In this document: one piece after another, positions 37,101-49,875 of the stretch | Layout: every line of letters starts with the position of its first letter | How positions within the stretch are numbered: position 1 is the first letter of the stretch | Origin: Chlorokybus atmophyticus | Taxonomy: Eukaryota; Plantae; Mesostigma and Chlorokybus algae | Length of the DNA: 64,000 nt | Assembly (NCBI GenBank): GCA_009103225.1 | Contig: RHPI01002503.1 | Span: 563,585 to 627,584, forward strand | Direction: 5' to 3' | Made by a program: the position numbers and the translations under genes | Notes under the pieces: model-generated | What the model saw: the letters and a program-made list of their open reading frames with translations, nothing else | Told to the model about the DNA's origin: nothing | Database searches by the model: none

Positions 37101-38465
37101 GTATGGGCTGGAGCACAGGAAATCTCAATTCAAGGTTGGTTATTAGGTGGATTTGGTGGACATATATGCGCATTTGATATGGCGACATTGCATGGTACAG
37201 GTGCGGTGCGGAGCCATTGACATGATCGTATGTTTTGTATCAGTATATTGATTGGCAAGTCGTCTGGGAAAGTTGATGTGGCCCAGAAGGCGATAAGGAG
37301 GTGTAGTCATCAGTTAGTGTAGTTGTGTATCAGTAGGGTTGTTGGTTTACAGCACGTGTAGGGCAGGTTGAATAGTGTGTGTCAGTTATTATAAGCACGA
37401 CGTTGCAAGGGGTCACTGCAGTTCACAAATGCTTCATCTGGTTTTGAGGGAAGGGGGGGGGGGGGGGCGGCTGCTATGGACTCTATTGTGCCCATAGTGG
37501 CACACTTTCCTATGCCCACATGATGGTCGCATGTCAAATTACAATATGGTGTTGTTCTGCATTGTCGCAGTCCAACTCGCACTGGCTGCCACTGTGCTGG
37601 TATTTGCATTGAGCTGCATATATATATACCATGTGCGCGGCATATGTCAAAATAGAGCAAAACTCTGGTGTTGTGCTATGCTATGCATGTGCAAGCCGGG
37701 TTCTAGTGGCTAGGCTGCATTGACAATATCAATTGCAACTTTGCTTATTCACAGTCACTACTTCCACCTGGTTGGTGGCTGTGACGTGTGTCGAGTACAC
37801 TAACTACTCATCCTAATACAAACGTGTATGGATTGTATGCACTCTGTTACTTCATGCCACAGTACCATGCACCCATATGAACAATATCACACCCCCATGT
37901 GCGTGCATGCAAGGCTAATGTTGAATCAGCCTCTTTCGTGTCCACTGCAACTGTACTTCAATCTGTACCACAACGTTTGTGCCAATGGGCGCATGCGTGC
38001 GTCCTGGCCTAACATTGCATTAGACACTGTCGTGTCCATTGTAATTGCCGTACTTCCTTTTGCAACAAAACTGTGCCATATAACATCGGCAGTGTAATGA
38101 AGTGAGAGTGGCGAGTTAATTTGTGCAAAAAAGGGTTAACAGGGTTAGTGTGGACAATGGTTCATCTGGCTGGAACAAATAACCCTGTCTCATTCACACC
38201 AACTTGGGCCATGATTTAGGAATACAATCTGCTGTGACCTGAGTACCCTAGTTGCGGCAAGTGACACTCGTTTCACATGATGAGATTGCACCAACGAGTT
38301 TTCAACGCCTGAATGTCCACAGCAATACACACTTGACGCTAACATTACACTCACCGGCTACCTGCGCCCGCACCCAGCTCAACTATTTGTATACTATATA
38401 CCCTCAGCTTCCAACTGACACATACAAAAACCCAGCAAAAGAATCTCTCAACATGTCAAAATTGT

Positions 38466-41400
38466 TCAGGCCGCAATTGAGCCAGGCAACACCTTGGTGC
38501 GTTCCTGCTGTTCTCGAAGGCGCTGACCCTGGCGTTGTTGCTGTTGCGCAAGAGCCGCCTCCTGTCGCCGCACCCACCTTCGCATCTCCAGCATGCGCAG
38601 CTCAACCCTCATGCCACGCCCGCGGGCAAGAGTGTGCTGCCATCGCCAAGTACCGCGCGGCTCCCCGCTTCGGCGCAAGGGAAGAGGAATCATCTGGCAC
38701 TTGATGCCTCCTGCTGAAGACGAATCGCCGACAACTCGCATGCGGTAGCCGTGCGGGACTTCAAAGGAATGGGGGCCAGACAGTTCGATGTCGACGGCCT
38801 CAAACTCAGATGTGCCGTGCAGCATGATGGAAAGGGCTTCTGTTCGGTGCACTCGGTGCTGCCAGTAGCTGTTGCCCTGATTTTCCCAATCGATGCCAGC
38901 ATTCTTTACCACAACATTGCGCAGCCGACACCGTCCCACGTTCTCACTATATCTGGAGCGCAGGGTATCCTCCAAGTCCAGGCCATTGCTGCGAAGCGGC
39001 CGACCAAGTGTTGTGTGTCCCGTGACATTTCCAGCCTTAACTATCAAGGTGCCTTCCACCTGTCAAATGCAGCCATTTTATACTTGATGTATGCATGCGA
39101 CATGACCACAGCGTATGCACAGCAAAGCTACCTGCACGTTCTCCATGTCAAGCTCAGCTATCTCCAATTGCACCTCCGCGCCAAATGCCAGCTTTCCACC
39201 TCTGATCTTCTGCTCCACAATGTCCCAGAGTGGGCCCAGCGCAGGGTTGAATAGGAAGATAAATGGAGGGCCGCTTTCCAAATACCGCTCCACTGAGGGC
39301 ATTTCCGGCAGCTGCATGTTGCACCGCGTCAGCAAATCATGCGCGTTGCGCATCAAGTCCAAAAAGGACCCATCTGGAGTTTGATGCATTTTAAGACTGC
39401 CCGGAGCGCGCTTCTTCTTTGCAGATGATGTCACCCGCCGCCTCTCATTGTAGACAAGGAAAGTGTTCAGATCAAGACCTGCAAGCACAGGTCTTGTCAG
39501 GAAAATTTTTGTCAAATCCCTCTGCCTACAGCAAATGCAATCTGTGTTTGGCACGCACTGTGTCTCTCTGCCGGCAATCGCTGAGGGAAAGTCTGCATCA
39601 TGCAGTCGGCAATGTTTTGCATTGTGCATTCTAGTCGTCCTCCACGAACTCTGCGCACCAGTCGCAGAATTCAGCTGTGTCACATGCCAGCAACAACTCT
39701 GACAACGCCAGGGCAAACATGCCAGGCACTTACTTCTGCTCATTTCCAAGATGGTCCTCAAATGTGATGGTCTTCTTCAGATTCATAATCATGCCAGGCA
39801 GCGTATGGCTGCCATTGTCCTCAGGGCCTCCGGACGACAGCACCTTCTGTACAGCTGCCAAATTTACATAGAGCACATTGGTGTTTGCAGGAAACCGGGA
39901 TCGCAAGCTGCCGGGCTCCACCGGGGTATCTGGAATGCCGAGCTTCTCAAACTCCGTGTACTCAATGTTGCTGATGCCGTACTGCCAGCTGCCATCAGGG
40001 GTGCGTTTCTCTACCAGCACGTTCACACCCTCGGCATTGCCGACATTTCTGTGGCATGAAGCAAAACCAAAGGTCCTGTTGAAGCGGCGCCCAATGCCAG
40101 ACAAGGCCAGAAGTGTTGTATCCGACCCTGCCATTGGGTTGCTGCATACACCACAACCGTAAGTGCCACCATACAGGTGTTTGCCTGATAGCAACACAAG
40201 AACGTGCAATGCATCACTTAGCCATTTGGTGCATGCGCACACCTGATCTGGCGAACAACGGCTGCTTGGCGGCCCTGTGCTGCAAACCAATCCATTACAC
40301 CCTCATCTCGGGCCAACTTCCAGATCACTCCATGACCGCCAGGCTTCAGCAACGGTTCTAGAGGGCCTTGAGCTACCCACTGACCACTGTCGGCTGCAAT
40401 GGTTGGCACCATTGGCTGCAGAGGGCAAGTGTGGGTTGAAACATTGAGACACACAGGCAGTTGAGGGTGCACAGCCTTCTCTGATCCCAGCCTCAAAGCC
40501 TTACCTGTGTGAACAGCTTGAACGCATCCCGACCTCTGCCAAACCACCGGTTCTCTTCAAGCAGAGCACAGACGTGCTGATGGTTGCTCTTGGCCTCAGA
40601 CGTCATGATAGCGATGGGAGTAATGACCTGGCGCCCTCTCAACTTATAAAAGAGGTACTCACGTGCTTGGACGTCTCGTATCAAACCCTCCAGCAGAGAG
40701 CGACCAGTGTAATTCAGCAGGGCCACTGGCAGCGCCTCGCCTGTCACCTCATCAACAAGGCCGAGCCTGTCTCCCGCACCACCCAGTGGATAGATCTCAG
40801 CCATCCTTGGAAGGGCATCAATGCCCCACCCGGCAGCCTTTGTTGCATACTGGCGATTTTCAGAAAGGTCAACACCAGGAGGAACCTTATAGTTTACAGC
40901 AGCTGTTGCTTGTGCAGCAGTAGTGCTCTGTGCTTCAGCTGCAGATGCTTGAATCAGCTCCAAAGCCGCCACTTGATAACCGACAATGCCGCCTAAGCAA
41001 TCATAGAAAGAGTCCATGCGCTCTAATACAGTGGCCAGCCTGAGCAGCGCTGTGCGCATGGCAGCGGTCCTGTCACCTACTCGCAAAATGTGTTCCTGGC
41101 CACTGGCTGCTACGCACTTGAGCGCGTAGACATGCTGTTCTGATAGACCTGACATCTCTTGCATTACACGCCGTCCCTGTAGGTCATCGTAGAAGAAGCT
41201 GCGCACTCTATCGTCGGTGTCTACCACTGCCATCTGCAAACCAGGGCCAGCAGTTGAGGCATGGAGTGCAGTCGATGAGTGGATGGACAGCGCTACTACT
41301 AATACACTAACAAAGGTTGATTCAGAACAGGTGTAACATACTCACCTTCATTTGCAAGGTTGTGGCAGACCGTAGCCGAGCGCGCAATGCGCGCAACCTT

Positions 41401-42040
41401 TGCAGCTCTTCGGATGCAGCCACATCTTCATCATCTGCTGTGACCGATGGAGCAGGTGAGAAATCCAGGCGCGGACCGTGATCTGGCACAACTGGCCGTG
41501 TCAAAACCAACTGCTTGTCCGCTTCTTTCTCATGTTGCACAGACTGCCGTTGGCCCTGCGTACCAACATTGTACCCTGTTAGCGTGCGCCAACCCTTCGC
41601 AGCTGCACTGCACCAGCGCAACAAGACCACACTTCGCTGATATCCCAACAAGCTGCACAGCGTCGGTGCAACTTTTTGCAGTGTCAATCATTGCTGGAAA
41701 TCTTACGCTCAACGCTTATAGTTCGAGCAGGCATATGTATGCAACCAGCTGGCACTACAAGAATGTAAAAAGCGAAGACTCAAAGGTAACTAAGCTGACA
41801 AGACATGCAGACCGACCGTGCTGACTGTGAATGCACTGAGCGTAGCACACTGAAGTACTAGCACCCTGTAAAGCGTACCTGAGCTCGCACACTCAAGGTA
41901 TGAGAGCGCCTGCTAGCAAGTACGCTTCGGCTCTGTGAGCGCTGGGCAGGAAAACTGACTCGCCGCAACCCAGCGTTACGCGTGGAGAAGCTGTTATTAT
42001 GTCGCAGCAAGGATGCTTGCACAGCGAGCTGCGTCGCCAT
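38466..42040 (-). CDS. UGP3: Plastid UDP-glucose pyrophosphorylase 3 (sulfolipid pathway type)
   Basis: Transit peptide MATQLAVQASLLR... from ATG 42040. Motifs YPLGGAGDRLGLVDEVTGEALP, LLEGLIRDVQAREYL, IAIMTSEAKSNH, KPGGHGVIWKL, FPANTNVLYV, PGMIMNLKK, HQTPDGSFLD, GPLWDIVEQKI. Confidence 0.92.
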
Positions 42041-43099
42041 GCTTGCGTTTGGCTAGCACTGGTCAATGATGTTTTACCACCTGTATGCCTAGCTCTTGCT
42101 CTCAACAACAGCAAAACGCTTCCCGACACCGACCCGCACACGGACGAGAACAGGCACGCGAGCAGCCGTTGCCACCCCTAGTCGAACCATCGGTCGTCGG
42201 CATCCTCCCCCGCGGCGCCGCCTCCCTGCCGCAACCAATGCCTCCCATGCACACACCCACACGCACGCACGCCCACCTCACCGCAACCACCTCGACGTCC
42301 AACCCGACGAAACAACCTCCACCGCCGCAGCTTCGACCACCCGCTCCCGTCTCAACCGTCGCCCCCGCCTCCGACCGCTGCTGCTCCTCTGCGTGGTGCT
42401 TGGCGGTGTGGGCAGCGCCCGTCACGGGGATCTGAGATTCCCTAACGGCGATGCCCGGGCGCGACAAAGCGGCGCCGCCGCGCGGTGTGCGCTACCGGGG
42501 CGCTTCCAACCCTGCAAAGCTACTGGCAAATCCGCTGGTTTTCAACGCAGTTCCAATGTAGGGCCGGCCGCATATTCGGAACATCATATTCCATTCCCCA
42601 CTTCCAGCGGTGGATTGGCGAATCTATCTGTTGTAGAGTCGAGGGCGGAAATGCGCCTAGGTACGGAATGTGATGATCGGCGACAGGATGGGTTGGAAAA
42701 GTTCATGTAGCTAGGGCATTGCACACTCGTGTTGGCACAGCTGAGTCACCTGAGATTCACATGACACGAATCATGCAACATCAGCCTTAAAGCTGTGACA
42801 CAATGCATGGTAATGGTCTTCATGACATGCAGCCAAAGTGTAATTCAAACACAAATCGTTTGATGTTAATGATGGTCTGAAGTATCATAATATGTGCTAG
42901 TGTCACATTATGTGTTAAATTTATTTAATACATACTTTGCTATGCAGATTGTTGCACACATTTGCATGAAATCATTTCTTCGTTTGTATCAACACTACAC
43001 GACAATGCGTAAAGTGAAAACACGTGTATTTATGCACGAGCATTCATATTGTGACATCTTGCACACATATAATTGATTGCGGTTAAAATTGTAACAGCA

Positions 43100-43744
43100 G
43101 CGCCTTAACCACTAGGCTACGGCAGCAAAAATCGGTGCCATACGGGAAGCCATATGTATCATATATGCCCCATCCCATATATGTTACAAAAATAGATAAT
43201 GGTTACTTGGCTTATGCACATATATATAGGTATATATAGTTGCTACGTAATCAGATTTATGAAGTACTTGTAACGGTACATGTAAGTGTAGTCTGTGCAT
43301 TGTGATGCTATGTTTACAACGAAAAGTGTTATACAAGATTCACGCAATGAATATTATATGACACGTTGCGCAAACCGCGTTGCACAATCTTTGTAAGCTG
43401 CGTCATGCACAGATTGCTACTCACAACAGGTTCTTTTTGCGGCCTTTTGATGTTTAGAATCATTTACAGGCAGGTTTGTCTTCCGACATTCAGCTCATCA
43501 ACAACATATCACCCGCGCATTCGACGACATCAATTTTTTAAGATATCATTAAGGTAACAGACACCATCCGTTGTGGCATGCAAGTGGTGACGGTATCCAT
43601 ACTTAGGACACTCGAGCTCTCGCGTTAGAGGTGGAGCATGTATTACTACCCCCCGTTTCGATCTGTTTTGGAACTATTATATGAATCATATGTGGCTCCT
43701 CAAATGGTAGCAAAAACTGATGTTATAGCTTGTGGTTAAGGCGC
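43100..43744. mobile_element. ~645-bp AT-rich element with inverted ends resembling tRNA D-arm/A-box halves
   Basis: GCGCCTTAACCAC (43100-43112) pairs perfectly with GTGGTTAAGGCGC (43732-43744). Degenerate similarity extends about 60 bp inward on both sides. Confidence 0.5.
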
Positions 43745-44530
43745 CGGTGATATAGCTTATGAAGCTATAACAAGGTACTACGCGTAATGCACAGTATGTC
43801 ATGTTATGTCGGTTATAACACCACAGAAGTTATAACGATTTATTGTGCATCCGTTTTTCACTCTAAAGGTGTCAATCATACTTTGGTCCAGCATGTGCAC
43901 CGCATGATCCCATTGACATTGAAACAACCACCTCTAAATATTACAAGAAACAATATTATGCGCATTGCGTGCTGAGTGGATCCATCGTATTAAGGATTGT
44001 CACAATTGAAAAGCTGAGTTGATAAAAGGCTAAACTTTCATGTTTTTGTAATATCACGAAGATGTCATTAAAATATAAACACCAGTACTAAGGTTGCGTA
44101 TGTAATGCTCAACACCAACCATCCATAACAAGCAAACAAGTAGAAATATTTGTTTTAGTTCAACACGTGAATTGTTGACATAAACATAAATACTCATATG
44201 CTTCTTGACTGTTTGTGACCACACACAATGACTAGTTTCAGCTGAATTGTGCTGTTCAGCTGAACCTAACTTACAGCCTGAAGCAGGCACACTCAACTGA
44301 AGCAAAGCATCATGCTTTAAGCATGGCAGACTGCCATTGGCAGGGGCTTCTAGTTCTCAATCAGTGCGCATGTAACGGTGCATGGTCGCACACCGCGAAG
44401 CAACTGCCCACCTGCGCCATTCTCACTCTGGCACTCCGCGCGTCATAGCGCGCGAGCATCCATTTGACAAGCAGAGACTGAAATTGCCATTGGGGAAGCA
44501 CATATTGCTGCCCCAGTCGTTGGCGCCACA

Positions 44531-47279
44531 ATGGCGGCGGTGAGGGCGCTGGCGAGGGCGGTGTTGGCAGCAGGGGCAACGTCGGGTGCTCTGCGTCGGC
44601 AGGCTGTTGTACATGCTATCGGAAGCAGCAACGGCGTGCTGCTGTGGGAAGGTTCCGTCGCTCCACCTGCGCTGCTGGTTGGCGCTCGGTCCAAGACCAG
44701 CAAGGCTGCCAGCAACAGCAACAGCAGCAACAAGCAGCATGGAGCCACTCGCACGGAAAAGGACACCTTTGGACCTATTGAAGTCCCAGCAGACAAGTAT
44801 GAACTGGGTAGTTGGCTGCGTGCACGCAGTAGCTGCAGCTTGTCGGTTGTGCATGGGGCATGCCTGCATTGTCGTCATCTAGGACACTGCTTGTTTAACA
44901 CAGGAAGCATACATTTGTCAATGCATGTGTGTCGCATTGGGGCATGCCTTTATTCGTGGCATCTTCTAGCAACTGTTACCTGTTACATCGCACTTGGTAA
45001 GCGGCATGTTTCTAGTTAACAAGCACACATGCATGGTCACAGGTACTGGGGTGCGCAAACGCAAAGGTCGCTACAGAACTTTGACATCGGTGGCGAACGT
45101 GAGCGCATGCCAGAGCCGTTGATTAGAGCATTTGGTATACTCAAAGCAGCAGCTGCAAAGGTATAGACATGTTTGGTTGTCGGACTGGATTGTCAATTGG
45201 GTGGGTGGTAGGAGGACATTCAGGACGTGCTTCTGTTGGGATGAATTGTTTGTTGTTGGCTTTGCTAGGTGAACATGAAGTATGGACTGGACGAGTCCAT
45301 TGGCAATGCCATCGTGATTGCCGCCAATGAAGTCGCAGCGGGCAAGCTGATGGACCACTTCCCTTTGGTTGTCTGGCAAACTGGTTCTGGCACTCAGACC
45401 AACATGAATGTCAACGAGGTAGCCTGCACTCAGGAGATGTGTGATGCGATGTGGCTTTGGCAATGCTGATGACCTCTCACTACCAAACGCCATCAGGTCA
45501 TTGCTAATCGGGCGGCAGAGTTGTTGGGTGGAAAGCCGGGGGACAAGGCGAAGGTGCATCCCAACGACCACGTCAATCGAAGTCAATCCTCCAACGACAG
45601 TTTTCCCACAGTATGTTGTACAGCTGAAGTGCATGCTGCCCACAACATGTGACTGCTCTTGCACGGCAAAGCTGCAGCTGGTTGTACAGTATTGTCTATT
45701 TGTGTCAATGCAGGCAATGCATATTGCTGCAGTCAACCAGTCAAGGAACCATCTCCTCCCTAGGCTGGAGATGCTGCATGCGGTTTTGCTGAAAAAGGTA
45801 CTGGTATAAATTTGTGGTGTCCGGTTGGCCGTTGTGATGCTGACCAGCTGTGCAGGTGGGTGAGTTCAAAGACGTGATCAAGATCGGGCGCACGCACACA
45901 ATGGACGCGACGCCTCTCACGCTGGGTCAGGAGTTCAGTGGCTACGCCCAGCAGGTTCTGACAAGTCAGTGCCTGCGTTTGTGTTGACCTCAGCTAACAG
46001 CCCGCACATGCTCACGTATATGACGCTGTGCTATGCTACGTGTGTCTCTGCGGTAGCATCGCATCGCTCTGTGCATGCTGCTGACTCCCTATGTCCTATC
46101 GCTACAGGTTGAGTACGCCATTGCACGAGTTCAGGACACGCTGCCCAGACTGTACAACCTGGCACAAGGTGGCACAGCAGTCGGCACTGGTTTGAACACA
46201 AAGAAGGGTTTTGCGGAAGCTGTGGCTGCTGCAGTGGCCGAGGAAACAGGTCGAGCTCAAAGCTGAACCACATGCCCGGTTGAACGCTGGCTGTGCTGCA
46301 GTTGTAAGTACAGCTGCTGATGCAGCATTTGGTACGGCAGGGTTTCCGTTCGTTACTGCGCCGAACAAGTTTGAAGCGCTAGCTGCTCATGATGCGATCG
46401 TCGAGGCTTCAGGTAGTGCAATTGTGCAAGTAGGCCACTTGCTGCGGAGAGTGTACAGCGATGCTGATGTACCTCAGTGACGTTCAACTCATCTGCAGGT
46501 GCCCTTAACACTGTTGCGGTGTCCTTGAACAAGATTGCCAATGACATTCGGTTCCTGGGGAGCGGACCAAGGTGCGGACTGAGTGAGCTAATCTTACCTG
46601 AGAATGAGCCCGGCAGCTCCATCATGCCTGGGAAAGTCAATCCTACACAGGCCGAGGCTCTCACCATGGTTGCTGCTCAGGTGCGCATGTGAGCATGCGT
46701 GCACATTGTGCTTGCGCTTGTGTGTGCGTGTGCATTTTTGTAAAGGTGCGTGCATGTTGCATGCAAGTCATAATATTCACAGCCACTTCAATAATGCCGA
46801 CCGGTGTTACAGGTGATGGGCAACCATGTCGCAATTACTGTTGGCGGCTCCAATGGCCATTTTGAGCTCAATGTGTTCAAGCCCATGATGATCAACGCAC
46901 TGCTGCACTCCAGCCGCATCCTAGGCGACGCAGCCAAGTCCTTCGCTGAAAAGGCAGTTGACGGCATACAGGTACAGTTGTTTCACTCACAAAGCGCTGC
47001 AGAAACCAGCTGCATACGCAATAACACGCTTTGCTTACTATCACTATTGCTATGCACCAGGCAAACCGCAAGCGCATCGACTATCTCCTGAATCAGTCCC
47101 TCATGCTCGTTACGGCGCTCAACCCTAAGATCGGGTACGACAAGGCCGCTCTGGTAGCCAAGAAAGCTTACAAGGAGGACACCAGTCTCAAACAGGCCGC
47201 CATGTCACTGGGCTACCTGACCGAAAAGGAGTTTGACGAGCTCGTCCGTCCAGAAAAGATGCTGGGACCTTCAGACTAG
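44531..47279 (+). CDS. FUM1: Class II fumarate hydratase, mitochondrial
   Basis: Presequence followed by [74 protein letters not shown], the signature [23 protein letters not shown] and [14 protein letters not shown]. Confidence 0.98.
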
Positions 47280-47457
47280 GGGTGTTTTGGGGAGAATTTT
47301 CTTGCAAGCAGCTCAATGAGCAATGCATGTGAGTGGACAGCGGCACATGATTCAGCACTGTTTGGCAGCCTGTGCAGCATAGCATGTACACATGTAGTGC
47401 GGTATTGCAACTCTCTCTCAAGCTGTTTGCAAGCCGAGACAACACATATGTATACAA

Positions 47458-49653
47458 TTAACACAAGCGAAACGTCCTTGAGGATGCTACTGCAAAAGCA
47501 CGCATAACATCCAGCTCCAGGTCGAATGCATGGTGTTCATGTGGCACAAGCCACTCTGAGTCAATGTACCGCGTGAAGTAGTGGTACGCGTACACACGCC
47601 CCACAACCAACCTGCGAACCAGCATTGGATTTGGTTCAATCGCAGCAACATCGCATACTTGCACAAACAACCGCTCTCACCTCCCCTGTGCCGGGCTCCC
47701 GCACGTGTCCACAGCTGGCGCCTGCTGCTGCGCCAACCCTGCCTGCGCAAGGCCTTGCGGTGAGCCAACAACAACTCCCCTCCCCCTCGCCGCCCTGCGC
47801 GCTGCAGCGCTCGACACGGACGTGAATGTCTGCACCGTCTGCCCACTGAAGCCGTACGCCGTCACGCGCTCGCACAGCTGCAGCAGCACGTACACGCCGA
47901 GAAACCCGCTCGACGGCTGCAAGCCAAAGGGCACAGATTGGTTGCGGGAGGCGTGAAAGAGTACTTTATGTGGGTGAAGAAACCAATCACAAGAACACAA
48001 TTGTGTGGTTGCTCACCGCCACGCCGCCCGTATAGTTGGCACCCTGCACCTCAGCTGCTCTCCTATACTCCCCCTGTATCACACCAGTTCACCCAACAAG
48101 TCAACAACCACCTCCCTCCCCACTCCCACCCCACTCTCTGTCCATACCAGCATCTCCCGTGCGCGTGTCATGGCGCCGTTCCCGAGCACTAGGACACGTG
48201 CGTCAGGGCGGTGGCGGCGGACGCGCGCGTGAAGGTCAGCGATCTGCTCCGCACTCGAACGCGTCGATACGAGGGAAGCGTTGCGCTCGAGATCAGTAAG
48301 AAGAGCGGTGAACTCGCCGTGAGCAGCGTACAGCGTCGTCCACTGAGGGTTAAGTAACGTGAGTCGGCGCGTGATAGAAGAGTCGATGCTTGGAACTTGA
48401 TGACTCAAATGCTTGGGTGGTTTGTTTAAAGGTTTGGTTGTTAGATGAACATGTTGGTTGGTGGTCGTTATTGCTGTGGTGGTGGTACTGCAGCTTGTTG
48501 TTTCTAATCCGTGTGTGGGCGGACCTTCTTGTTGAGGAGGCGGAAAGTTGTTTTGGAGCCCACATAGCGCTCGTACTTGGCGGTCGGTGCTTGGTTGATC
48601 CTCATCACCGCGTCGCAGGCATCGATCTCCGGACCAAAGCTGCACAATCACGCACCCACATAGATAACACCAAAAACTGTTAAGCCGCTGTGTAGCGTGT
48701 GAAGCACGACTTATGTGTCTTTGTTCAATTTGCAATCCAGTGTGCAAGCATGCAGCATGCATGGTCGCATAACGGACATGAATTCACACACGCATGCAAG
48801 CACACACGCAGACACACACCGGCTGGCGTGAAGCACGGCGGAGTTCCCGACCAGCGCACATGTCTTGAAAGAGAAGTCTGGCGCTCTCGCCGGCAGGACC
48901 TCTGTGCTGGACCCAGATAGAAATCACTCCATTACTCGACAGAGAATTGGCACACAATGATCATCATCACAAACCCAACATGCACACATTGTCCCCTACC
49001 CTCATTGGTGATTGGGTCGTGCGGCCTCAATGCGCGGTGCGTCGCACGCGAGAGAAACAGCTTTGAACGTGCGTAAGAATGCTTCTTTGAAGTTAAAAGA
49101 TATGATGCCAGGGAGTTCAAGTCTCCCGGTACTGCAGTTGTTGTCGTTGCTGTTGTCTTAGCTGAACGCCCTCTCCCTGTAGGCAAACCCAGACACCCAC
49201 ATATCAGCATCCCAAACTAGCTTGGAACCCATGAAAGTCTATCATTCTAAAGTGTAGTGTATCATACTGTTGCTCAATGAACGCTATGGCATCACCTGTA
49301 GTTTTTTTTAGACTGTGGTCCTTTGCCCCCTTCTCCTCCGCTTCCTCAACATCCTCTCCGTCCTCATCCTCCTCAACCTCCTCACCCTCATCGTCCTCAA
49401 CTTCCCCCTCGTTCTCCACCTCATCATCTCCTCCTTCATGATTAACTTCTGTCTCACCCTTCCACTCCAGGCCAGCCAGCATGCCAGGGGATGCAGTAAT
49501 AACTGCTGCTAGCGCGCCTGGAGCCCGCGTCGCCCCCGCCAGGCGCCAGGACGCCAGCCCCGCCCCCAGCACAACCCAGCAGCAGAGTATCAGCGCCAGC
49601 ACCGTCGCCCTTCGCCTCCACCACCACCACCGAGACGAGGACGACCCGCCCAT
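47458..49653 (-). CDS. GT29 sialyltransferase-like glycosyltransferase (type II membrane protein)
   Basis: N-terminal TM and E/D-rich stem. Sialylmotif L: KTCALVGNSAVL...FGPEIDACDAVMRINQAPTAKYERYVGSKTTFR. Motif S: PSSGFLGVYVLLQLCERVTAYGF. Motif III: YHYF. Motif VS: HAFDLE. Confidence 0.88.
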
Positions 49654-49875
49654 CGCCACCGCCGCCGCCGCCAAGGCGGACGCCAGCAACCAGGAAGAAG
49701 TCTATTTATAGCTGCGGCTTTCTTGTTGTCACATGCTTACCGTTGAGTCAGTTTGAGCAGGTTAGGTCAGTCGCTAAAACTCCCGCTGCGCTCGGTTAGG
49801 CTGACTGACTCGGTGTGCGCGGTCTCCGCCGCTGCTGCGGAGGAGGAGGTGGTGGCGGAGGAGGAGGAGGTACGG

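Noticed and set aside
42085-42710. ORFs of 116-204 aa upstream of UGP3
   Set aside because: GC-rich, repeat-driven open frames on both strands with no family signature.
43085-43130. tRNA gene on the minus strand
   Set aside because: Only the acceptor 5' strand and D-arm are present; no anticodon stem, T-arm or B-box.
27561-49653. Carbohydrate gene cluster (ALG6, invertase, UGP3, GT29)
   Set aside because: The products act in different compartments and pathways and are interleaved with unrelated genes; no evidence of co-regulation.
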